From Psilocybe cubensis (taxonomy: Eukaryota), in NCBI GenBank assembly GCA_017499595.2, contig CM039000.1, positions 248,001 to 312,000 on the forward strand: a DNA stretch of 64,000 nt, given 5' to 3'. The notes beneath the pieces were generated by a model. It searched no databases. It was given only the letters and a program-made list of their open reading frames with translations, and had not been told where the DNA came from. Made by a program: the position numbers and the translations under genes. This document shows, piece by piece, positions 25,122-38,447 of the stretch. The first letter of the stretch is position 1, and each line of letters starts with the position of its first letter.

Positions 25122-27723
25122 GATCCTAGCTTCGCAGAACGGTGTGTGGTGCGTTATCAGATGAATGGGTACACGACTAGTATCCGGACTTTGCAGTGCA
25201 AGTCAATATAAAGCAATACGTACCTTAATAATAACAGGACAACAAATCAGTAATGTTTGCGCAAAGGACGGTGGAAGATGTGGCTGTACTATAGAGGCTG
25301 TATTGCCGGCTTCAGCAGTAGTCACGCTGGAATCCAGGCATCGGACTCCAGGCTGTATATTGTACCAGTTCTCTTATTCTTTATCATTTGCAACTTTGGA
25401 AAAATTACAAAAAAAAAAAAAAACGCTTCAACACACCTCAGTATATTCGCACAGAAGAAATACTAACAGACTACATGGTTTTAGACTTACTCGACACTGC
25501 AGTGGCAAAGTTGGGAAGTTGGGCCGATAAGAATATGATAAATTTGTTACAAATATAACCAGGATTACACACAAAGCTTCAATAGATGCACGGAAGCTCC
25601 GGGGGCTCAGGTAGATGATGTAAAATTATAAACACATTTGATATTCAACGTCGTTCACACTAGCAGGCAGTCCACGTCAGACGGGACAATGCTCAAGATC
25701 GGCTTCTCATACTCGGATGGATATACTAAGATGCTACATGGGCGTGTTGAGCTAGGAAAAGAAGGCAGAAACCACATGATAGCCTGGGCGTTGTGGACTC
25801 GGAGTCGGGTAAACGACAGATCGTGAAGCAGCTTCATTGGCTGGGCCACGTCAGGTAGGACGGAGGGAAGGACGTCATCGCATAATAGTGTCGCGTCGAA
25901 TCGCGTCGTCGAGAGTAGCCTCGGCTTTACCTGGTATTTAATGATGATACGCGTGTCATGTACATCCAGAGCAAATCAACAATCCTCGGAAAAGATGCTG
26001 GCCGTGAGCATAATGCGTCCTCAGGCAAAAGACCTGAAAATTTCGGAGTCGGAGTCGGGTACTACTCACAATCAGAAACAAAGTGTTCATTCCGGGTACA
26101 CATCAGCCACGCAATGAGTCGTGAACAAGTCCGAGGCTGCCCCAGGCTGCCAAAGAACAGGAGGCTGAAATCGGACACGCCCTCGGGGTAGATTCAAGGC
26201 TGCCATTGCCAATTTTGCTCTGCAAGAACAGCATGAATCGCATGAAAGAGAAACAAATGTGATAAGTATCCATAACGGCCACTATACCAGACGAGCGTAA
26301 GGACCGGCTGTGACGCGACAGTGATAGTGTTGGTGTGATCAATAGTTCTTTGTGTTCTGATACAGGATAACAAACCGCCGACGGATATCGTTCAGAAAGT
26401 TTTGGATATGCTACTTGCCGACTGTGGTGGTGGTGGTGGAAGCTGGTAGAAGGGAAAGCACTCGGTTCACTGGAAGTTCGTCTATCAGCTTGAGTTTGCT
26501 GATCATGTGAACAGTTCGACAGAGACCGAATTAAACCAAGCCAGCCCAATAATATTTCGAGCAATGTGTTCTCTTGACTATATGCGTGGGCTTCTTGCAC
26601 GCTACGTAACAACCTTGCAACGCCTCGAGGCCCGCTTCCAAATTCCAGGAACAACAACCGAGCTATGAGTATTGCAAGAACTAAGAATGAGGTTTGAGCT
26701 TGTAGAAAGAAATGACTTGTTCTTTTGATGCCATGATATACCAAAAAGTAAGTCGGGTGACCGTATTTCATTCTAATAGATTTAAATTCTACCCTATTCG
26801 TGTACCTGAACATCCATGATGAGCTTGGAGCCAGAATTGTTAAAAAGTCCTAGGATATCTGAGCCTTCGTATTGGCATAAGCATAACAGGATTCAAAATT
26901 GTATGCTTTGTTGTTTCCATATTATCCATTTAGGGATCTGGATACATTCAAAATAGACCCTGTGTACAATAAGATGCGCCTCTAGCTCCAGCGTGAAAAT
27001 AAGACAACCTTATCTATCTAGTCAAGTCTAGTACTACTTTCAAAGGGAGGAGGAATACGTATCATGTGGTACATGAGCTCATCCACTGTATTGAATTCAA
27101 AATTGGCGGAATCACCGCCCTATAGCAAAATAGTTGAAACGAGGTCTCGTCAGCTGTTTACAAATAGATTTTCATGCTCCATATAGCATTTCATGGTTTT
27201 CCCGGCCATGGAAGAGGGACTATCTGAAAGATTTGACGGCATTTCACCCGGTGCCGGATAGGTGTCAATTGTCATGTCAGACAAAGCTTCTTTCGTTTTA
27301 AATTAGGCAATGCAAATCGTATGATATTTGATTCAAGTAATTTGGCATATGATGTATATAGTAGATCATAAACTTCGATATCTTCAATTATGTCTTAATT
27401 CAATTAAGGACATGTTATAAAACCCTAAATAATATGACAAGATAATGGAGATATATTAGAGGCACATGAAATATATTGAAACTATGTTGTTTAGAATCTT
27501 TCGAGATCCGGTCACTGGCGTTGGTGTTCGCGCGACTGCTGATCATGCCGTGAGAACAATTACACGTGATTTTTGAAAATCAACAGCGACGCCTTTTCTG
27601 TTTTCTTTAAGATCCTGCCTACATCCTCCTTGGTGTTCTCGTCGTTCCACGAGCTTTGAAAGTCATAAACCTACAAATCAGTATAGAGATTCACACGAAA
27701 AATCTTGATACCGAATCAACATC

Positions 27724-29010
27724 ATGGGACACAATACAATCAAAGGCGGTGAGTGGCATCCAACATTCAAGTTGAGTTGGCAGTCAGCGTTGTTGGGTGT
27801 GCGGACGTCTAACGCATTCTTTTAACTTCTCTAGTGTCCTTGCTTATTCAACCCTGAACTGGTAGAATAACCCTTCATCCGCGAACTATTGGCTGTCAAT
27901 CATAAAATGCAAAAAATGTTATGCAACAAGGTCAAAATCGCGTGCGTGTTAGCTTTATGCTACATAATATTTGATACTTCTTTCTCCATACTGTTGATCT
28001 ACTCATATAGACTCATATAACAGTTTACGCTTCATTGACCAGGTGGTACAAGCACCATACAAGTCTGGGTTTTTATCACCTGGACAGTTGACCATATCGT
28101 CATTTTCTGATGTCTTCCTTCACACAACAATCACGGTCTACTCTCATCTCGCTGATCGCCGGTAATAACTGCTGCGGAAAGTATGTGCTATACCTAAAAA
28201 CATTTATTCAATGGCAGAGCTGCTCGGTGAAGGGGGAAAATGACGTTTGAACCAACTTCTCCAACGTTAGGCCAGCGCTCGCACCATGCTTAACATTCAT
28301 CAACCCTAACTGGACGTACAGTCATAGGTATCTATTCTCCTATGTCAGGTAATTTTCCCTACGTGAGCGAGTACTATGCATACTGCTCGTTCACTTCTCG
28401 GATATAGTCAACAGATTACTCCGCCGACATTCCATTACGGTAATGGTGCGCCATTACTCGCTATAGTCGTCGTAACTTCCCGCGGCAACAGATGTCAAGC
28501 ATGGTTACTTTCTAATTTCGAGTGAACAGGTGGTTCGCACTAGTTCATGCTCTAAAAGATTCTAGGTACCATGCAAGTGTGGGACCTTTACCCAGGCTGT
28601 CCTTCTTTTCTATTCTTAAAAGGTAATCCACGGCCGGCCTTCCTTTCCATTATTAAGATTTGCTCTCGACACCTTGGTTGTTTCAGGTTATGAAGAGAAC
28701 CACTTTCTTCCATGGTTATTGCCCAGCGCCGTTCAATTTCTTGGCTGGCCTGATGAAGAGCGTTGGTTCCGTCTATCCTCTTAATCAAGGATGCTGTCTT
28801 GGCACTGTTGCATCTGCTCTGGTAAACTGGTTACTCTGACTGATCAAAAAGGACTTGTGGGATGAATATTCTCCTTTTAATATCTTTCTGCTATAGCCCC
28901 TCCATCGCCACCACGTCTGTAGTACTATCTTCATCGTTGCGCCAAAGCGGTATATCTACCGGCGGGTTTCACATCCACCCTGTTGATAGCAAAAAGAAGC
29001 AAGAAGACCT
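27724..29010 (+). pseudogene. Heavily decayed argininosuccinate synthase-like remnant
   Basis: Collinear fragments: KG|VLAYS (cf. KGxVLLAYSGG), SL..PVI (cf. TSLARPVIA), SCSVKGEND (cf. GCTGKGND), VG...IK.GC (cf. GVGRID...IKSRGC), GGF, IAKRSKK (cf. IRIKK). Many stops and frameshifts. Confidence 0.4.
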
Positions 29011-30081
29011 TTTATAAATATTATGGCTTACATGATTCTGCTCTGCCAGCTCTGGTGCTTTGCGTGGCGCATCCATTCTATGCTTCTGAACCCTGCTCCT
29101 GCTATCTGTTCCTGGCCCGCATTTTGTTTAGCCAAACTTGGGTAAAATTTCCCGCTATGCTTCTGAGACTACTACTGTCCAGTCCATTACTTTGGATTGT
29201 GTTGTCCATTGTCGGATGAGCTCTCCAAGCGCTCACTAGTTCCATAAATTTCAACTTCATAATTGGGGTTCTTCGGATACGTTACTACAAAGACAATGCT
29301 ACGATAAGGCCACTATACTGTACACGACTAAGCTTCTTGGTTCTCATCTTCGAAGGACCATCGACGTTGCATAAGTTTGCGATGCAGAATGCCCATCCAT
29401 TAAAGATTGACATTGCGGCAGAGTGACGCCCTTGTATGTCTCAAAAAGTGTCCGGTCACCATTTTCCAGTTCCGATTGCCCACCCCCTAATGTGCATCTG
29501 CAATCATTATGATGATTAACAAAAGAGTGCGTGTGAAGAACATCTTCGGCGCTATGTTACTGACGAGTAATCCTTGAAGAGCCAATCACTACAAATTGCT
29601 TCAATGACAACCGCACTTTTCTTGCTTGCGAATATCCATGAACTGCCATCACGATACCGCCACCGTCCTCTCACAGGATATAATTTCAAAGCCTTACCGC
29701 CGCTTCTTTTACTTTATCAATGCCTGCTACTAGTATTAAACCCGTTCCAAGGCAATGTTCACAGTTGTTAATTATAGACAATTCCAGCTAATCTTCAGTA
29801 AAAACATTGTCCAAGGGCAGACTTTGCTGGCGCTTGTTATTACCGGGGTTCGTCGTAACCAAACTTTTTCCATCCTTATCACTGTATGTTCTCAGGAGTC
29901 GTCGAAACCATGCCTCCCAATCATCCTCCGGTGATTGATCTGATCATTGCTGGCGCACGTGTTACATCCACTATCATAGAAATGCCATCCCAAATGTGAA
30001 ATCTGCTATCCTGCCTTTATTTTATTTTCCTCTCCCCCTCCGACGATTCCCATATCCCTATGTGTGCTAGTGACATAGGCC

Positions 30082-31716
30082 ATGGAACACCTTGCAATTT
30101 CGTTCTACAACTTCTTTGAGCTTTCTGGACTGGTTCTATTAGTTTTTGTGTTCTTTACGGCCTTGTTATCGTCGGAAGTCCGTAGAGCAGGGATCTGGTT
30201 CAACCTGCTTTCAGCGGTCATTCTCTCTACCGTCAGTCAGGTGATGCTGCTTGGTCGACAGCTGGGACCGACGCCTGCTAGAGGTATATGCTTCTTGCAG
30301 GCTATCTTGGTTTATCCCCTGACTGTCTTGTGAGTGTAAAATATCCGGACCATCCAAAAATTAAAAAATACTTATCTATCACAATAGATGCTCCCTGGTT
30401 GGAGCGGCCCTTCTTCTTCAAGTTTATATTCAGAGTTGTCCCTCTAATGGTATTGTAGAAATGCTCAAATACTCCTATAATTTCTTTTTACCGTAGGTCT
30501 ATCTTTCCATGATTTTAGCTTGCCAGTCGCGCACGCTGCATAACAAGCATGTTCTCTGGGTGGGTGCCTATGTTCAATTTTCTACGAGGACTGACATTGG
30601 CTCGTGATGGATATCAAGATCAACACCATCCCGATAGTTGTTTCTGTATCTGTGCTCATTCTGTCTTCGCCGTACGTCGTTTTAGATTTCCAATGACCAA
30701 CGTCATTGTTTTAAACGATTACACGGCTTGCGCTCGTGCATATTTTCCAGAAAAATATCTATCAGTAATTATGTTTCCTGTTCATTTTTGACATATTTGC
30801 CTGGAATATAGACTTCGGGGTTGCCTAATCAGGGAACCCCGAAGTCTATATACCTCAAAAATACGTCGAAAACGAACAGGAAACATAACTGCCAATACAT
30901 ATTTTGCTGGCAAATATGTATGAGCGCCAGCGGTGTTACTAAGGTTGGGGCTGCCAATTCATCCATTGCGGTCAGAGACCCATCAGGCATGCGCTGTCAT
31001 TTTGTTTCCAATCTCGTGTGAGTCATCAAAGTGGTCTGGCCGTTTTACCACAAATGGAATCAGAGGATCATAGACCTAATATTGCAATTGGACTTTCCAT
31101 GGTCGGGGGTGTAATGATCATGGTGCTTCAAGGCATGGCCCAACCTATTTCACTGTTTCAGTTACATTAACTGAAATATTTTTCCAGGGCTTGTTAAAAA
31201 AAATTTTTATCGGCAAAGGAGCCAGATGTTCAAAGAGACTATGGACAAGAATAAATTGTCTCCTCGAGTGGTGATACGTGTTCTGATATTCAACGCAATG
31301 ATGACTGTGGTCATGATGTACGTTAATCACGAACAGACCATGTTGTGATCGAGAGATGACAAAAATTCTTCGATTTTTACAGTTGCAGTGCTTCGGTTTG
31401 GTTTATCACCAGTCTTGATGATGCAGCCAAGTTCCGATTTTCAAACTTGACCATGGCTTTGTGTGAGTGTTGGGCTATCTGAACATGAGACCAAAGATTA
31501 AATATAATCTGCTTGACAGTACCGTTTGGAGAGGGTATCATTTTCGGAACACAGAGTGTAAGCCAAGCTGTCTCTGTAACTGAAAAGGTTGCAATTTTAA
31601 TGTCCGTCCCGTCTCAATGATAGGACATTGTGAATGCCTGGCTGTTGTGGCTTAGGATCAAGAAAGGTTCCTCAGGCTCCCTGACGCCGCCCGACAAAGT
31701 TTTAAGATCTTCATGA
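30082..31716 (+). CDS. Multi-exon 7TM GPCR-like membrane protein of a basidiomycete family (possibly disrupted)
   Basis: Hydrophobic exons MEHLAISFYNFFELSG...WFNLL...GICFLQAILVY, RDPSGMRCHF and IRVLIF, ending GIIFGTQ|DIVNAWLLW (FGTQxD..W motif). About 10 introns, one with a GC donor near 31133. The frame across the intron at about 30672-30943 is uncertain. Confidence 0.6.
30721..30936. mobile_element. MITE-like fold-back element inside an intron
   Basis: Two ~100-bp imperfect inverted arms (core TATAGACTTCGGGGTT / AACCCCGAAGTCTATA) around a 12-nt loop. Ends are ACACGG...CGGTGT. The host intron is about 270 nt versus about 55 nt for its neighbours. Confidence 0.7.
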
Positions 31717-31769
31717 GGCCAAAACGTGCAGAAAAGGCCGAGATGGTATTACTGTGTACTTTGCGTAAA

Positions 31770-32496
31770 TCAAATACTGTCGGAGAAAAACAATGCTGAT
31801 GAAATAATATCTCTTGCTTCCGTCCGTATCTCTTCCTCTAAAATGAGGAAAGACGCAATAATCTCGTCCCAGAAGGTTTCAGTTCCGTGCGAAAGAATCA
31901 AAGCTAGTGGTGTCGAGGGATATGCAGAAGTTGGGAATTGTGCATAAACTAATGGAACACCGGACGATTTGTCAGGATATAACTCAATGCCAAAAATTAA
32001 GACTTCTGTAGCACACAATGTATGATGTGATACGTACTGCAAGACGATACGTGGTATTCCTTTTCCAAACAAAAGTCCCATGAGAGGTATGTACGGCCCA
32101 TTGTTTCCTTGAATTGCAAGTTGGGATGTTAGTGCAAGGTGCATCCCAAAGGTTAAACATCATTTGGGCGAGTGCGGGCGAGTCGACACACCTCCCGTTT
32201 TCTGTTTTCCCAACAACAAGCCAGACCTTTTGCTTCACAGATCTCCCTTCGTACTTGTGCGAAAACGTCACGGAATTTGGGTGCAACTTCCTCCTCCTGA
32301 TCGTCAAAAGAACCTCACTGCTTGCTAAATCTGTCACTGTCGTACATGCCCCTGCGGAATCTGTCGTCGCGACCTTCAGATATGGTCGGTCATCAAGCCA
32401 CAGAGTGGAGGTTATGCAGTTCAACGGCTTAGAGAATGTCAAAATGGCACGTGTATCTGGGTTAACCAGTGTTGTTTGAGACCAGTTTGATTGCAT
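31770..32496 (-). CDS. Divergent DUF6593-like protein D (3 exons)
   Basis: MQSNWSQTTL...YLKVATTDSAGACTTVTDL...IRRRKLHPNSVTF...GTFVWK...YRLA|LYP...DEIIASFLILEEEIR, with two GT-AG introns. Confidence 0.65.
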
Positions 32497-32860
32497 AGTG
32501 GTGTCGTATCCAGAGTAAATCAAGGAGTCCAGAGCAGTACAGAGCAGTGCCAGCGGAAACGATATAACAGCCAATTTTATAAGATGAACACGTTGTGCCT
32601 TGATGCCAAGTGCCCAGCTTGAATTGAATGTGCCAATCCACTTCAGTTAGGGGTAACTTGGTCAAACAGAACACATTGAGGAGACCAAAGAGAGGTTCGA
32701 CAGACTTTCCAACACCGAGCTCAAGTGAATCTACGGACGTATGAGCCAAGCATGAACATGCCATTCAATACTACACGCGATTTTCTTTTGGTCTCCTGAA
32801 CTTCCAAAATAAAGCAAATACAGTAATACGGTGCGCACTTGTTACCCCTATCCTAGCCTC

Positions 32861-35800
32861 CTACACGTGAATCTGTACGCTGAATGCTTTGTCGAGTGGG
32901 ATTCCTGCATTCACATCCAACACCTTTGTGGTTTGATCCCACTGAACATCGCCCTCTCTAACCGTTTTTCCATTCACCTTCACCTGCCCCTTGTCCGGTT
33001 TCGCACCCACCCCAAGGAACCGCACCCTCTTCACAGCAACGCCAGTATCAAACCCAAACGTCCCCGAAACATCCAGCCGCCCGCCATTGAACGCCATCTT
33101 CACTTGAGTAGTCGCACTGGCAGGTGGAGACACTGTTTCCCCGTCATCAATGTACAGCTTGCCACTCGCTTGGCCGGTGCGTGCATCAGGAGCAACGACG
33201 AACTCAAAGTCTTGCTTCCTCAGCTCTGTCGTCGTCATTGTGCTCGCCACCCGCAAGGGAAGCACTGTGCCGCTTCTGATGTATACGGGAATAGTCGTGA
33301 AGTTGATGTTTTGAAGAGTTACAGAGGCCCCGGTACCTTGAATGGGAGCGAGAGTGAGGAAGTCGTAAAATGTATCGTGAGGGAGGTAGATGGAGACGGA
33401 AGTCGAGTTTTCGTCCGTAACAGGTGAGATGAGGACTGAATCGCCGAAGAAAAATTGAAGATCGATAGGAAACGTGTTAGGGTCCTTGGGATACTTGAAA
33501 AAGAGGGGTTGGAGGACGGGAGTACCGTCGGTATGAGCTGTATGGAATGCAGTGTAGATGTAGTCCATAAGTCGATATCTTTTCATGGTGATAAGATAAC
33601 GATATACTTGAAGATACCCAAACAAGGTACCCACCGAATGTCAAGAGCGTTCCTAGCAGCTTGTGCAACGCTCGGCCATGTATAAAATTCCTGGCTAATG
33701 GACGTGTCTGAGTTGTGCTAATGCAGCCAGGCTGAATGAGTAACAGTATATAAAAGAAGTAGGCAATTTCGTACATTTCGCATAAATGGGTAAAAGGCGC
33801 CCAACATCGCCCATCTCGCACACAGATTCTCGGTCGTATCTTCCGCTGTTCACAAGTGAAACAAAGCATGAAACCCACAACATCCAATAGCACAAACACA
33901 AAAACTCACCGTAACCACAAATATCCGCACCAACCATAGGTACTTGATATACACCCGCAAAGCCCAGGACACCCGAAATCGACGCGCGGTAGTGGTCCCA
34001 CTGGCTGAAGTTATCACCCAGCCACTTGCCAACCTTCGCGCCGGCGCCAGCGAACGTCGAGCGCGTGATGACGAGCGTCTTTTTCCCGGGCCGGCGTGCA
34101 AGCATGGCGTTGTGTGTACCGACGGACATCATTGTTCCGTACAGGTTGTGCGTATCATATTCGGCGAGTCCGTTCGCATGCCTGATATTGGTCTACCAAA
34201 ACATTATGAAACTTTACACAGTTTTTCTGAAGATCATAGGTCACTTACAAATGCGGTTTTGCTCGACAATGCACCCGCAGCATTGTTGATTGCGTATGGT
34301 GGGTTGAGCAAGTCAACGTCGTCTCTTCGGCTCAGTGCCTGGCCACTGGAGTTGACGAATATCGGTGTGTTGGGGTCAGGTGGCGGATTTGCTCTCGGAG
34401 GGGGAATATTCATTTGTATTGCTTGCTGATATGGGTCATCGCAAGGGAGATTGCAGAACTGAATAGAAGCATCAAACATTATGCTCAAAGAAAATTTCGA
34501 ATACTAAACGCACATTAGATGGTTCGTTCATATCAATCCACGCGCCGTCGATGTCAAGCCCTGTATCAGGGTTATAAAAGCTCTCGAACTCATTAGTCCA
34601 AAACCTGAAAAGTGAAAATTTAGTTAGCTTTAAGAACCCCTTTGTCATAAGATACGGACTGTTGCGCATTAGGATGGAACCAATCTATGATATTTCAAGC
34701 TAGCTTAGCCAAACTAGTCGTAAAACACCTATATGATAAGACGTACCAGGGAAAACCGTAACGCCTAGTACAATGCGTGAGCGGATATATGTAGAAATAA
34801 CACGCAAAACGCGTACCTGGCCATACAACACCCAAACTTTCGCTCCCATTCGGCGCCTTCAGCCAAACATCAAGATCCTTTCCATTATTATATGGCGCGT
34901 ATGTATCATTCGGAAGGTACGCCACGGCCGGGTCGGTCATTAACACTGTCGAATGCATTGTGATCAAAACATTTCATGCATTCAAAATTGAGGGACACAC
35001 GTACCGAAACGCTGTTGGTGAGAGTGGAGATAATCCACTATTTCGCGCATACGTGCTAATGGGAAGTAGTCTGGGTCGACCGTGAAGATTCTCCGTTGGA
35101 ACATGTAGTCTATGTTGTATTAACAGTCAGCGCCTTCAAGTGCGATTACTATGAATTGCACAGTCTGGGACTCACCAATATCAGTCCACATCGTCTCCAA
35201 AGGTATCTGAGCCGCAGCATATCTAGTGATAACATTTGCGACATCGACGAAGCCTGTCCGCATGATCCTCTTAAGTCAGAGTGTTAAAAATGGAAAAGAA
35301 AGCGGACGTACTTTGATACCCAAACCTGCATTGATGCAGCCCAAACGACCAATACGGCACCTCTGCCGGCGTACCCACCACCTCCGCGTACTGCCTCGCT
35401 ACTGCAGTCGGATCGCTTTCGCTCCCCGCGAGAAAATAAAAATCTAACACCCCGCCAATGACATTGTACTCCAGCGAAGGCCCTCCCGACGCGCTGCCGT
35501 TGTTGGTGAGTTTGATATCCATCCCATTCGAGTTGAGCAGGAACACGCCATGGGTGCCCGATGTCCGGTGCTCAAAGTATATCGGATGGTTTCCGTACAG
35601 ATTCGTCCCTGTGGGCACACCGTACGCGTCTCGCGACCATAGCGTCAAGGTTGTGTTGTCTGGAGGGAGGCGGAACGAGTTTGTATGCTCTCCGAGGCCG
35701 TATATGTTGGCGTTTGCAGGCAAGCTGGTCTTGACACGAAGATATTGCGGTTCAAATATAAGCGCGTGGCCTTTTGTTGAGAAGAGTACCTCGTTGTCGG

Positions 35801-36233
35801 AAGAGCGGGAAACAGTGAAGGAGAAGGGGGAAGCTGTGTAGCTGAATTGTATGGAGGATGCTTTGGAGGATGCACCTGGGGAGCTCGAAGGGCGTGGAAG
35901 AATAGATTCTGGGACTTCGTAGCGGGCGCTGGATGGGTCAATGATCTTGACGTGCAGTCTATCGTCTACGGAGGTCTGTAAGGTTAAACACTCATTGTGT
36001 GAAGATTGTTACTCGCCTGTTTCATATGTAACGTTCAAAGAAAGTCTCTGCACATCATTCCCGAAAACGTTACAAGCCTCTCCTGCCAATACTAAATCTG
36101 CACTCAACCCATCGTGGCGGACTTTCACGTTGGAGGCGGCGTATCCTGGACAAGCTTCCAAGACACATGGATCGACAAAGGTGGCGACGGCGTATACAGG
36201 CGCAAGAGCCACAATGACCCCTCGTAATCGCAT
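32861..36233 (-). CDS. Secreted glycoside hydrolase family 31 alpha-glucosidase (multi-exon)
   Basis: Signal peptide [56 protein letters not shown], catalytic [20 protein letters not shown] and PMVGADICG. Confidence 0.95.
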
Positions 36234-36949
36234 TCCACCTCAGTACTTATATACGACAGTTGGAAAACGGGAAGTAGTGAGCAGAAAGAACACGAACCTA
36301 GTGCGTCCAAATGCCGTACCACATTCACTAATTTATAGCAGTCTAGTCAGGAACAGGTGACATGAGACTACATTTTGTTGAAGCTTCGACTGTGATCCCT
36401 GGGTACTTCGAATCTTGCCGACAATGGTGGTGAAAGGAGTTGAAGAGTCAAAATACTGGCGAAGTGGGGAGCGGAGTTTCCTATCCGATGAGTCCGACCG
36501 CGTGATTTGGCTCAGGTGGTGGGGGCGAGAGGGTTTCATCTTCCCCTCTGCCGTTTGCCAGCATGGTTTCTGTCATTCTGTTCTACTTTTGAGCCGAATT
36601 AGTCGGGAGACTGGCGTCACTATTTTACCTTTCGTAACCGTTTATTTTTATGCTTCTACTTCGAAATCCTCGCCATCCTGCGGTGTTCGACCAAACATGA
36701 TTCAACGTTTCAACGTTCAACCTCGTTCAACATTTGGCCAGTCCTCTTAAACTCTCTTATCGCTAACTTCCTATGTCACCTTTACAAATTTCGAACCCAT
36801 CTATCCATTTCCTCGGAAGAATTGCCATACTCCCCGCTGTGACAATGAGACAATCCGGTCAACTGTACGGTCGTCATAAAACACCAAGTATGCGGGAAGG
36901 GCGTGGTGCATGAGCCGTAAACGCATATGCAAATTTAGAATGAGGGTAA

Positions 36950-37500
36950 CTGCTCTAGTGACGAACATCTGGCCCTTGACGAGGTATGTTTTCTAAATTT
37001 TCCTCGTGGGAAATTTGAGAAGGAAGGACGTTTACTTTGACCTTTGTGAACCTCCATCTACATCCTAAGAGTCGAGACGTACTCTAATGGAATCCATCTC
37101 TCCATTTTACTTGGACTCAGTTGTCAGAGAGAGAATTCTCGCTCAGTGGTATATGTCTGGTTTTATGGCTCGTCGGAGGCGCCAGTCGTTCCGCTGGTGC
37201 GAAATGAAGCAAGTCATTTTGCACCTTCCTCTGGAGTCGGTATGCAGCGGGGTAATACCACTCGTCGTCAGCGCCACGGAGATAAAATTTTGGAGACGTA
37301 CTCCTTTCCTACGCTTGGGTTGTTTCAGAGGACAAGTTTGTACGAGTGCTTATGCACAGCGCGCACCTAAAATCTGTACTAGGTTCTGTGAATCTATTTT
37401 TACTCTCCTCCTCCTGCTCTCATATTCACCGTCAAGAAGTGGGATCAAAGAGGTCTTCCTACATCGCATTTTCGGCTGTTCCAGGTAGTAGCTTCATGGA
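36950..37500 (+). pseudogene. Possible decayed G-protein alpha-like fragment
   Basis: WYM...KQVILHLPL...SPSR...FLH loosely tracks the G-alpha C-terminal half (W.IYDVGG...QAIIFLAPL...SP..R.F..H). The diagnostic DVGG and NKxD motifs are not retained. Confidence 0.25.
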
Positions 37501-38447
37501 TTTAGTGTTTGATTCTCCTTATTCGCCGCCTATGTGTAGATGTGAAATAGGCTAACTTCCCTCATTGTTAACAACTCAGTGTTGTATATGTTCTTCATCA
37601 GGGCGGAGAAATTAAGAGTCAACGATGTGCCCGAATCGCATATTAAGAGATATAAATATCTTACATTGATCGTGGGGTGAGAATACCGACATATTTTATC
37701 CAAATTTTATCGTTAACCAACGCCCTTCATGGATAATTGACCAACCTTTATATTTTAGGACAAATTTTGGACTATCGACCATACAGAGGACTAAAAATGA
37801 TGACGACACGATCAAACTTCCGACTTCCACCTTTCTTCCGTCCCCAGGGAACAAATTCAATCAACTTGATATATCATTTTAGTGCCGAAAGTCGATATGT
37901 AAATCGTGATTTTGAAGGAAATTAAGTTCATTAGATCTAAAATTCAGTGTACAATATTTCTTACCACCTATTGTAAGAGTTTTGTGAGTTCAGAGTGTTT
38001 GAGATTTGGTTAAATATGTATTATTCCTCCTTTGCTGATGTACCGAAATATATCTCAAAAAGATACCAAGGCATTGCAAGTTATCAATGAAATCTATTAA
38101 TTGAGTGCTAATTCGATCACAATCCTACCAAAATCACACTATCCGACTAAATCTCGACCTCGAAGATGGTGCCAGGAACTCCCACGCACCCGGCCATCGA
38201 TATTGCGTTGTATAAGCCGGAAGAAAAAGGTGAGCAGTGACGCATCGCCTTTATCTACCGGCTCGACCCCTCGACGTCCCCCTCATTCTCTGTAGTCTCT
38301 CCATAGGCCCGCACGGAAGGACGGCTTGCACCTGTGAAAAGTGCCCAGGTACTTGTTAGAATGTTTAATTGCAAGCGATCAGATCACTTACGGTATTCAG
38401 ATTTTAGTATTGCTCTCGTGTACCCGCCAATGTCCCCTTCTGCAACT

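Noticed and set aside
26103-27250. 236-aa ORF or decayed gene
   Set aside because: No identifiable motif; an MPIRRL resemblance to the HET N-terminus is too short to count.
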